Virus record (IMG/VR): IMGVR_UViG_2703718841_000002
Length of the DNA: 21,204 nt
Direction: 5' to 3' (one strand)
Source: a virus
Lineage: Duplodnaviria > Heunggongvirae > Uroviricota > Caudoviricetes
Shown: in pieces, positions 1 to 8,104 of the stretch
Layout of the letters: each line of letters starts with the position of its first letter
How positions within the stretch are numbered: position 1 is the stretch's first letter
Translations under genes and position numbers: made by a program
Notes under the pieces: model-generated
Told to the model about the DNA's origin: nothing
Databases searched by the model: none
What the model saw: the letters and a program-made list of their open reading frames with translations, nothing else

Positions 1-93
1 GCGGAGTTATCCCGCGTGGAGATAGTCGAGCTGCTCAGTCAGGAGTCGGAAAAATTTCACAATATCGGATTGTCTCGCGGGGAGGTGCTTTGA
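1..93 (+). CDS. 3' end of an upstream early-region gene (partial; stop TGA overlaps the next ATG)
   Basis: Open frame from window edge, reads ...[30 protein letters not shown]; stop overlaps start of next ORF, typical of coupled phage early genes. Confidence 0.3.
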
Positions 94-395
94 TGTCCTG
101 TTCTCGTTCAGTTGTATTACTGAATAACGCCTTAAAAATCACCGTTATGAAAAATGGCGATTTATCTCTTATTCAACTTGGTCTTGATAAAGAAAAACGC
201 GAAATAACTGAGTCTGTTATCGCGATTTATCAGAACGAATTAAATCTCCTGTCTGATGTGGTCAATTTACTTGTTAAACGCGCTGTATTTCACAAGCAAA
301 TCTCCTCCGTGGATGAACTGACGAAATTAACGACAGAAATTGCCAGCTATTGCGCTGATGAATTTAAAAAACTTAACGACAAAAGGAGCTGGTAA
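93..395 (+). CDS. Hypothetical small early-region protein (P2 orf80/81-like position)
   Basis: ORF track 90..395; the track start is TTG, first ATG at 93 (protein begins MM); sits in the cluster upstream of A. Confidence 0.55.
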   Translation: MSCSRSVVLLNNALKITVMKNGDLSLIQLGLDKEKREITESVIAIYQNELNLLSDVVNLLVKRAVFHKQISSVDELTKLTTEIASYCADEFKKLNDKRSW

Positions 396-619
396 TGCCG
401 GACAACGTAGATTTTATTCAGGAACAACAGGCTGAATTACTGGAGCGTCAGATTAACGCGGCAAGGGTAAAACATTGCGGTGCTTCTGCGCTGGTTTGCG
501 AAGAGTGTGACGCGCCAATACCTGCTGCCCGTCGTGCGGCTTATCCGTCAGCCACGCGTTGTGTTTCCTGCCAGTCAGTCTTTGAAGCAAAAAACAAACA
601 TTACCGGAGAACGGCATGA
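395..619 (+). CDS. TraR/DksA-family C4 zinc-finger protein (P2 Orf82-like)
   Basis: 74 aa with CEEC...x17...CVSC four-cysteine motif; start overlaps preceding stop (TAATG). Confidence 0.75.
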   Translation: MPDNVDFIQEQQAELLERQINAARVKHCGASALVCEECDAPIPAARRAAYPSATRCVSCQSVFEAKNKHYRRTA

Positions 620-891
620 GTATTCGTATTGAAATTGGCGAACGTTATGTCGTTACCAGTGACAGCTTTCAGTTTATTCTCCACGAGAAAAAGAGAGCGG
701 AAAGCGGTAAAAACGCCGGTCAGGAATGGCTGGCGGTGGTTGGTTATTATCCGAAATTAAGCCAGCTCGTTTCCGGCCTGATGCATCACGATATTCTGAC
801 CGGAAGCGCAAAGTCTTTTGCTGATTTAAACGCGCAGGTTGAGCAACTCAGCAGGCGTTGTTCAGAGGCTTTTGGCTCATATGGCCGTTAA
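616..891 (+). CDS. Hypothetical protein (P2 orf83-like position)
   Basis: 91-aa ORF immediately upstream of and overlapping the A start. Confidence 0.55.
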   Translation: MSIRIEIGERYVVTSDSFQFILHEKKRAESGKNAGQEWLAVVGYYPKLSQLVSGLMHHDILTGSAKSFADLNAQVEQLSRRCSEAFGSYGR

Positions 892-3154
892 AGCCTCCGG
901 GCGTTTTGTCCCTCCGTCAGCATTTGCTGCAGGCACCGGTAAGGCGTTTACCGGTGCTTATGCATGGAACGCGCCACGCGAGGCCGTCGGGCGCGAAAGA
1001 TCCCTTACACGTGACGAGATGCGTCAGGTGCAAGGTGTTTTATCCACGATTAACCGCCTGCCTTACTTTTTGCGCTCGCTGTTTACTTCACGCTATGACT
1101 ACATCCGGCGCAATAAAAGCCCGGTGCACGGGTTTTATTTCCTCACATCCACTTTTCAGCGTCGTTTATGGCCGCGCATTGAGCGTGTGAATCAGCGCCA
1201 TGAAATGAACACCGACGCGTCGTTACTGTTTCTGGCAGAGCGTGACCACTATGCTCGCCTGCCGGGAATGAATGACAAGGAGCTGAAAAAGTTTGCTGCC
1301 CGTATCTCATCGCAGCTTTTCATGATGTATGAGGAACTCAGCGATGCCTGGGTGGATGCGCATGGCGAAAAAGAATCGCTGTTTACGGATGAGGCGCAGG
1401 CTCACCTCTATGGTCATGTTGCTGGCGCTGCACGTGCTTTCAATATTTCCCCGCTCTACTGGAAAAAATACCGTAAAGGGCAGATGACCACGAGGCAGGC
1501 ATATTCTGCCATTGCCCGTCTGTTTAACGATGAGTGGTGGACTCATCAGCTTAAAGGCCAGCGTATGCGCTGGCATGAAGCGTTACTGATAGCTGTCGGG
1601 GAGGTCAATAAAGACCGTTCTCCTTATGCCAGTAAACACGCCATTCGTGATGTGCGTGCGCGCCGCCAGGCAAATCTGGAATTTCTTAAATCGTGTGACC
1701 TTGAAAACAGGGAAACCGGCGAGCGCATCGACCTTATCAGTAAGGTGATGGGCAGTATTTCTAATCCTGAAATTCGCCGGATGGAGCTGATGAACACCAT
1801 TGCCGGTATTGAGCGTTACGCCGCCGCAGAGGGTGATGTGGGGATGTTTATCACGCTGACCGCGCCGTCAAAGTATCACCCGACTCGTCAGGTCAGAAAA
1901 GGCGAAAGTAAAACCGTTCAGCTTAATCACGGCTGGAACGATGAGGCATTTAATCCAAAGGATGCGCAGCGTTATCTCTGCCGCATCTGGAGCCTGATGC
2001 GCACGGCATTCAAGGATAATGATTTACAGGTCTACGGTTTGCGTGTCGTCGAGCCACACCACGACGGAACGCCGCACTGGCATATGATGCTTTTTTGTAA
2101 TCCACGCCAGCGTAACCAGATTATCGAAATCATGCGTCGCTATGCGCTCAAAGAGGATGGTGACGAAAGAGGAGCCGCGCGAAACCGTTTTCAGGCAAAG
2201 CACCTTAACCGGGGCGGTGCTGCGGGATATATCGCGAAATACATTTCAAAAAATATCGACGGCTATGCACTGGATGGTCAGCTCGATAACGATACCGGTA
2301 AGCCGCTTAAAGATACTGCCGCGGCTGTTACCGCATGGGCGTCAACGTGGCGCATCCCGCAATTTAAAACGGTTGGACTGCCGACAATGGGGGCTTACCG
2401 TGAACTACGCAAATTGCCTCGCGGCGTCAGTATTGCTGATGAGTTTGACGAACGCGTCGAGGCTGCTCGCGCTGCCGCAGACAGTGGTGATTTTGCGTTG
2501 TATATCAGCGCGCAGGGTGGGGCAAATGTCCCGCGCGATTGTCAGACTGTCAGGGTTGCCCGTAGCCCGTCGGATGACGTTAACGAGTACGAGGAAGAAG
2601 TCGGGAGAGTGGTCGGCATTTACGCGCCGCATCTCGGCGCGCGTCATATTCATATCACCAGAACGACGGACTGGCGCATTGTGCCGAAAGTTCCGGTCGT
2701 GGAGCCTTTGACTTTAAAAAGCGGCATCGCCGCGCCTCGGAGTCCTGTCAATAACTGTGGAAAGCTCACCGGTGGTGATACTTCGTTACCGGCTCCCACG
2801 CCTTCTGAGCACGCCGCAGCAGTGCTTAATCTGGTTGATGACGGTGTTATCGAATGGAATGACCCGGAGGTCGTGAGGGCGCTCAGAAGCGCATTAAAAC
2901 ACGGCCTGAGAAGACCAAACCGTCAGCAAAGAAACGGAAGCCCGTTAAAACTGCATGAAATAGCGCCATCGGCCAGACTTACCCGGTCGGAACGAATGCA
3001 AATTACCCGTATCCGCGTTGACCTTGCTCAGAACGGTATCAGGCCGCAGCGATGGGAGCTTGAGGCGCTGGCGCGTGGGGCAACCGTAAATTATGACGGG
3101 AAAAAATTCACGTATCCGATTGCTGAAGAGTGGTCGGGATTTTCCTCAAACTAA
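881..3154 (+). CDS. A: Replication initiation protein gpA (rolling-circle nicking endonuclease)
   Basis: ORF 839..3154; preferred start is the ATG at 881 (MAVKASGRFVPPSAF...); contains HUH-like PHWHMMLF and dual-tyrosine YIAKYISK motifs. Confidence 0.9.
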   Translation: MAVKASGRFVPPSAFAAGTGKAFTGAYAWNAPREAVGRERSLTRDEMRQVQGVLSTINRLPYFLRSLFTSRYDYIRRNKSPVHGFYFLTSTFQRRLWPRIERVNQRHEMNTDASLLFLAERDHYARLPGMNDKELKKFAARISSQLFMMYEELSDAWVDAHGEKESLFTDEAQAHLYGHVAGAARAFNISPLYWKKYRKGQMTTRQAYSAIARLFNDEWWTHQLKGQRMRWHEALLIAVGEVNKDRSPYASKHAIRDVRARRQANLEFLKSCDLENRETGERIDLISKVMGSISNPEIRRMELMNTIAGIERYAAAEGDVGMFITLTAPSKYHPTRQVRKGESKTVQLNHGWNDEAFNPKDAQRYLCRIWSLMRTAFKDNDLQVYGLRVVEPHHDGTPHWHMMLFCNPRQRNQIIEIMRRYALKEDGDERGAARNRFQAKHLNRGGAAGYIAKYISKNIDGYALDGQLDNDTGKPLKDTAAAVTAWASTWRIPQFKTVGLPTMGAYRELRKLPRGVSIADEFDERVEAARAAADSGDFALYISAQGGANVPRDCQTVRVARSPSDDVNEYEEEVGRVVGIYAPHLGARHIHITRTTDWRIVPKVPVVEPLTLKSGIAAPRSPVNNCGKLTGGDTSLPAPTPSEHAAAVLNLVDDGVIEWNDPEVVRALRSALKHGLRRPNRQQRNGSPLKLHEIAPSARLTRSERMQITRIRVDLAQNGIRPQRWELEALARGATVNYDGKKFTYPIAEEWSGFSSN

Positions 3155-3326
3155 TAATGATGTTTGACAAAGAGATGTTGATGAGACTAAAAATTTTATT
3201 TGTCTGTATAACCATTCGGTTAGAGTACAATAGTTCCGAGTGATAGGAATACAAATAATGACTAAGTTTTCAACATGCGATTATTATGGGTTGAATTAAA
3301 GGTAAATAACTATGTTAAATAATATA

Positions 3327-3358
3327 GGGCAAGAGGGTGTTCTTGCCCTTTGTTTATT
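3327..3358. terminator. Candidate intrinsic terminator hairpin between A and the SIR2-like gene
   Basis: GGGCAAGA / TCTTGCCC 8-bp inverted repeat with 6-nt loop, followed by TTTGTTTATTT on the plus strand; overlaps the minus-strand stop codon. Confidence 0.45.
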
Positions 3359-5952
3359 TAAGCGGCGATTTCAATGTTGCTTTTATATTTTAAGAGGGCG
3401 TTTTTGGGAACTGCTGGCCAGGCTGAGTATCTATAATAGTTCATATAATCTTTCTCTATCAGTGTTTTTAGCTGTTTGTTAGCTTGAACTTCATCGCCAA
3501 GTAAAAAGAATGCACACATGGCCGTAGCCCCTTTTGAATTGTTATGTGCTAAAACTGAATTTATCTCATTCTTTTTAATGTCTTGCCCTTCTTTTTTCTT
3601 GGCAACTTCTCTATTGATTATTAAAACATCTTTTTCCCTGTAATCTTTAATTTTTTCAAGGTTTTCATTAGCGATTTTAATTGTTTCTTTATAGTTTCCT
3701 GCAAGAAGATTGGTATAAGATTTTCCTAAGATATAATCACTAAACCCGTAACCTTTTTCATAAGCTTCATCAAGAAGAACTATCGCTTTATCATAATCGC
3801 CGTTTAAAGATGCAATATCAGATTTTAATTTTAAAATGGTGATTTCTGATTTGTTTCTTGGCAGGCTATCAATAAACTCCTCTGCCAATTTGATGTTGTT
3901 TTTATCAATTAGTAATATGTCTACAATACTGTTTGTATGATTATTTTTCCACGGGCAGTTCATGGCTTCTTTGACTAATTCAATACCAGCTTTGATGTCC
4001 CTGTTGCAGCCTATCTCATATCGAGCTTTAAATATAATGAAAGGAGCAATTCTTGCAATGTCGCTCTCTTCTTCATATTTATCAATAAAGCCTTTCATCA
4101 GGTTGGGAGTGTTTTCATCGAAGTCTGTTTCAAATAAAGATAGATGCAGTTGTGTTAAATATTTTAATATGTTTCTTTTTTTATTTTTTGATGATGTTTT
4201 GTAAGCGTTGGATAATGTATCTATGCATAATAATGTATCTTCTTTCTTTTGCAATGCGCAGGTGAAATCAGTATATAACGACAAATATGTATCGTGAGTA
4301 GGGTTGACCTCTTTTATTTTGTCAAGCAGTTCTTGTATTAATTTATTACAATCTTTCTTATCATGGCTTGATTGATGTTTTGTCTTTATTGCGTCATATT
4401 TTATTCTCCATGCAATATTATCCAGATCACTGCTTTGGAGTAAGCTTTTATCAATTAAATCATGTATTTCATCAAAGGTTATTAATTCTTCATCATTATT
4501 TTCTAGATGTAGAATAGCAATTCTGCTTAAATGATTCTTAAGATTTATGCTATATGGGAATTTTTCAAGCAATCCCTTAAGGTAATGTATTTTTGCCTTT
4601 AGATCTGTGAATATGTTTGCCCTTGAAAGGGCGTAATTTATATTAAATTCATCAAGAGCTATAAGATTATCACTAATTTCTAATGCTGACTTTGTGTCTT
4701 TTTGTTCTTCTTTTATTTCAATTAGCCTACGCAGATATTTAGACTTTATATTGTCACTATCAGCGTTATTGATTAATTCATTCAGTTTTGACTCTGCGTT
4801 TAAATAATTTTTATTTCTAATGAGGTTGTCAATGTATAACAAATTCTTAAAATCTTCTTCGGGGATCTTTTGATCGTCTAAATCACTTTGGGATAGCTCG
4901 TTTATTAATGACGATATGTCATGTGTTAGAGTGTGTTTTTTTAATTTTGAGAGGTCAGATTTGATAATGCCATTTTTAGATAAGTTGTACTCATCTGTTA
5001 TAAAGTTTTGGATCATCATCTCTCTTTTTGTGGATTTTTGATTCCCTCCAAAAGAGAGTGCGCAGCCTAATTCTAGGGCTAGTTCTGCCATCAATTCATC
5101 AAAACCTTCTATTTCTACCCAATAAACTTTATCTTGACCTAGAAGCCTAATAAGTTCTGGTGGGATGGAGTCATTTTTTCTAACGCACCAGTATACTCCA
5201 TTTCTTAGGTAATCGTCCTGTTTTAATAAATGTTTTAAAACATCCATGATAGAGCTGTCATTGCCAGCATAACCAACAAAAATAATCCCGTATTCTTTAG
5301 TGAATTCAGTTAGTTTTTCACGAGTGTTACCTTCTAATGACTCGGTTTCTTTTAAAGAGCTTTTTATGCTATCAAATAAATAATCACCATGTAATTTTAT
5401 TATTTTTGGCCTTGAAGAAGTAATTGAGACGCCTTTAATTGATGAATCATGTGCACATAATAATGGTCTGTCAGAAGAAAATTGATAAAATGCTTCATTT
5501 ATTAAATCGTCAAAATTTGTTGTGAAGACAGTATCAAAAAACTTTGATTCAAATAGTTCAACGAGATAAGCATATCCAATTGAAGGTAATTTTTTGTCTA
5601 CTTGAAGCTCAACAAATCTTCTGCGTTGAGATGGAAGATCAAATTTCTTTTCAAAAAGAGATGAGTATTCATTGTTTGGGTCGTACCAGACTGGATGGTT
5701 TTTGGATAGCCATTTTTTAGCTTCTTCGGCATCGACATATTCTTGATTAGATAGTCTTGTGTATATCTCTTCTCTCCATTTCGCTACTAACTCTTGACCA
5801 GTTTTTATTCCAGATGTAACGGATGCGCCAGCACCAAGAAAAAGTGAATAGTTAGGTGATGTACCTGATTTGATTTTTATATAATCAGCTAAATCTTTAA
5901 CGGTTCTTTTTTTGGCAACCAGTTGTTCCTTGGTAGTATCACGATCAGACAT
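3358..5952 (-). CDS. SIR2-like NADase domain protein with C-terminal helical-repeat (TPR-like) domain; candidate anti-phage defence protein
   Basis: 864-aa ORF; N-terminal LFLGAGASVTSG, TTNFDDLINEAF (Asn146), IIKLHGDYLF (His188, codon at 5389-5391 checked); GGAGGG RBS 4 nt upstream of ATG; very AT-rich against GC-rich flanks; no Walker A motif. Confidence 0.7.
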   Translation of the reverse strand: MSDRDTTKEQLVAKKRTVKDLADYIKIKSGTSPNYSLFLGAGASVTSGIKTGQELVAKWREEIYTRLSNQEYVDAEEAKKWLSKNHPVWYDPNNEYSSLFEKKFDLPSQRRRFVELQVDKKLPSIGYAYLVELFESKFFDTVFTTNFDDLINEAFYQFSSDRPLLCAHDSSIKGVSITSSRPKIIKLHGDYLFDSIKSSLKETESLEGNTREKLTEFTKEYGIIFVGYAGNDSSIMDVLKHLLKQDDYLRNGVYWCVRKNDSIPPELIRLLGQDKVYWVEIEGFDELMAELALELGCALSFGGNQKSTKREMMIQNFITDEYNLSKNGIIKSDLSKLKKHTLTHDISSLINELSQSDLDDQKIPEEDFKNLLYIDNLIRNKNYLNAESKLNELINNADSDNIKSKYLRRLIEIKEEQKDTKSALEISDNLIALDEFNINYALSRANIFTDLKAKIHYLKGLLEKFPYSINLKNHLSRIAILHLENNDEELITFDEIHDLIDKSLLQSSDLDNIAWRIKYDAIKTKHQSSHDKKDCNKLIQELLDKIKEVNPTHDTYLSLYTDFTCALQKKEDTLLCIDTLSNAYKTSSKNKKRNILKYLTQLHLSLFETDFDENTPNLMKGFIDKYEEESDIARIAPFIIFKARYEIGCNRDIKAGIELVKEAMNCPWKNNHTNSIVDILLIDKNNIKLAEEFIDSLPRNKSEITILKLKSDIASLNGDYDKAIVLLDEAYEKGYGFSDYILGKSYTNLLAGNYKETIKIANENLEKIKDYREKDVLIINREVAKKKEGQDIKKNEINSVLAHNNSKGATAMCAFFLLGDEVQANKQLKTLIEKDYMNYYRYSAWPAVPKNALLKYKSNIEIAA

Positions 5953-6264
5953 TTTCCCTCCATAAATTATGTGTGAGAAGTGAGAATAATCCTAGGTGCG
6001 GTTATTTTTACATGAAATTCAATGGGTTTTCGTTTTTCTTACATGCGTTTTGTGACTGAGATCAAGCTATGAGGGAGGAATGTTCTTTTATTGTTCGCTA
6101 GAGGCTAATTGGCTAATAAGCTTTTACTAATCGTTTATGATGTACCATAGCGTTGAATGATTTTGCATGCATTTGTCAGATGTTTACTGATGTTGTTATG
6201 TCAGAGCTGGTGCGCTTTAGGTTATTTCATGCAACTGCATTAAAACCACCACATGAAGCGGGCG

Positions 6265-6283
6265 GGCGAGGCGGGGAAAGCAC
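6265..6283. other. cos: cos cohesive-end site (P2-type 19-nt sequence GGCGAGGCGGGGAAAGCAC)
   Basis: Exact match to the P2/186 cohesive-end sequence as I recall it, in the expected place between the cargo slot and Q; coordinates may be off by 1-2 nt. Confidence 0.6.
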
Positions 6284-6425
6284 TGCGCGCTGGCGGTGGT
6301 GCTGATTTTATTTTTTCAGCGTCTGAGCGCGTCGTGATGGCGTTTAGATTGTGCGCCGGGGTGTTGGTGTGTCTGCGGGATGTTTTGTGCGGTGGTGAGC
6401 GTGTGAGGGCGTGATGACGGGGTGT

Positions 6426-6447
6426 AAAAAAGCCGCCCGCAGGCGGC
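6426..6447 (-). terminator. Candidate intrinsic terminator downstream of Q
   Basis: GCCGCC / GGCGGC stem with 4-nt loop; on the minus strand it is followed by a run of six T (plus-strand AAAAAA at 6426-6431); a few nt past the Q stop. Confidence 0.5.
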
Positions 6448-6452
6448 GATGT

Positions 6453-7487
6453 TCAGCCGTTGTCAGTGTCCAGTGAGTAGTTTTTAAAGCGGATGACCTC
6501 CTGACCGAGCCAGCCGTTTATCTCGCGGATCCTGTCCTGTAACGGGATAAGCTCATTGCGGACAAAGACCTTTGCCACTTTCTCAATATCACCCAGCGAC
6601 CCGACGTTCTCCGGCTTGCCGCCCATCAACTGAAAGGGGATGCGGTGCGCGTCCAGCAGGTCTGCGGCACTGGCTTTTTTGATATTAAAAAAATCGTCCT
6701 TCGTCGCCACTTCACTGAGCGGGATAATTTTAATGCCGTCGGCTTTCCCTTGTGGGGCATAGAGAAACAGATTTTTAAAGTTGTTGCGGCCTTTCGACTT
6801 CACCATGTTTTCGCGAAGCATTTCGATATCGTTGCGATCCTGCACGGCATCGGTGACGTACATGATGTATCCGGCATGTGCGCCGTTTTCGTAATACTTG
6901 CGGCGGAACAGCGTGGCCGATTCATTCAGCCAGGCAGAGTTAAGGGCGCTGAGATATTCCGGCAGGCCGTACAGCTCCTGATTAATATCCGGCTCCAGCA
7001 GGTGAAACACGGAGCCGGGTGCGAAGGCTGTCGGCTCGTTGAAGGACGGCACCCACCAGTAAACATCCTCTTCCACGCCACGGCGGGTATATTTTGCCGG
7101 TGAGGTTTCCAGTCTGATGACCTTACCGGTGGTGCTGTAACGCTTTTCCAGAAACGCATTACCGAACACCAGAAAATCCAGCACAAAGCGGCTGAAATCC
7201 TGCTGGGAAAGCCACGGATGCGGGATAAATGTCGAGGCCAGAATATTGCGTTTGACGTAAATCGGGGAGCTGTGATGCACGGCAGCACGCAGGCTTTTTG
7301 CCAGACCGGTAAAGCTGACCGGTGGCTCATACCATCTGCCGTTACTGATGCACTCAACGTAATCCAGAATGTCACGGCGGTCGAGTACCGGCACCGGCTC
7401 GCCAAAGGTGAATGCTTCCATTTTCGGGGCGCTGGCGGTCATTGTTTTTGCCGCAGGTCGCGGTGTTTTCCCTTTTTTCTTGCTCAT
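6453..7487 (-). CDS. Q: Portal protein gpQ
   Basis: 344-aa ORF MSKKKGKTPRPAAKTM...; length and position match P2 Q; start overlaps the stop of P. Confidence 0.9.
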   Translation of the reverse strand: MSKKKGKTPRPAAKTMTASAPKMEAFTFGEPVPVLDRRDILDYVECISNGRWYEPPVSFTGLAKSLRAAVHHSSPIYVKRNILASTFIPHPWLSQQDFSRFVLDFLVFGNAFLEKRYSTTGKVIRLETSPAKYTRRGVEEDVYWWVPSFNEPTAFAPGSVFHLLEPDINQELYGLPEYLSALNSAWLNESATLFRRKYYENGAHAGYIMYVTDAVQDRNDIEMLRENMVKSKGRNNFKNLFLYAPQGKADGIKIIPLSEVATKDDFFNIKKASAADLLDAHRIPFQLMGGKPENVGSLGDIEKVAKVFVRNELIPLQDRIREINGWLGQEVIRFKNYSLDTDNG

Positions 7488-8098
7488 CAGTAAAACTCCA
7501 GAATGGTGGATGTCAGCGGGGTGCTGATACCGGCGGTGAGTGGCTCATTTAACAGGGCGTGCATGGTCGCCCAGGCGAGGTCGGCGTGGCTGGCTTCCTC
7601 GCTGCGGCTGGCCTCATAGGTGGCACTGCGTCCGCTGCTGGTCATGGTCTTGCGGATAGCCATAAACGAGCTGGTGATGTCGGTGGCGCTGACGTCATAT
7701 TCCAGACAGCCACGGCGGATAACGTCTTTTGCCTTGAGCACCATTGCGGTTTTCATTTCCGGCGTGTAGCGGATATCGCGCGCGGCGGGATAGAACGAGC
7801 GCACGAGCTGGAACACGCCGACACCGAGGCCGGTGGCATCAATCCCGATGTATTCAACGTTATATTTTTCGGTGAGTTTGCGGATGGATTCCGCCTGGGT
7901 GGCAAAGTCCATGCCTTTCCACTGGTGACGCTCAAGTATTCTGAATTTGCCACCGGCCACCACCGGCGGTGCCAGCACCACGCATCCGGCGCTGTCGCCA
8001 CGGTGTGACGGGTCGTAACCAATCCATACCGGGCGGGAGCCGAACGGATTGGCGGCAAACGGCGCATAGTCTTCCCATTCTTCCAGCGTGTCGACCAT
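7487..8098 (-). pseudogene. P: Terminase large subunit gpP, truncated: only the C-terminal nuclease-domain 203 codons remain
   Basis: ORF begins MVDTLEEWEDYAPF...VWIGYDPSHRGD; P2 P is ~590 aa; sequence upstream of 8098 is the capsid gene on the other strand. Confidence 0.7.
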
Positions 8099-8104
8099 GC
8101 AGCG

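Noticed and set aside
839-880. Upstream ATG at 839 as the start of gene A (track ORF 839..3154)
   Set aside because: It would overlap the preceding ORF by 53 nt; the ATG at 881 gives the MAVKASGRF... N-terminus that I recall for P2 A and only an 11-nt overlap.
858-2711. Alternate-frame and antisense ORFs inside gene A (858..1190, 1307..1576, 2142..2711, 2405..2653)
   Set aside because: Fully nested in a long, well-supported gene in GC-rich DNA, where spurious open frames are common; no independent signal.
3962-4204. 80-aa plus-strand ORF antisense to the SIR2-like gene
   Set aside because: Low-complexity translation of AT-rich antisense sequence; nested in the long minus-strand ORF.
3358-5952. 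STAND/AVAST-type NTPase or Thoeris two-gene architecture for the SIR2-like protein
   Set aside because: No Walker A (G-x4-GK-S/T) motif found in the protein, and no adjacent TIR-like or second gene in the island; single-gene architecture fits better.
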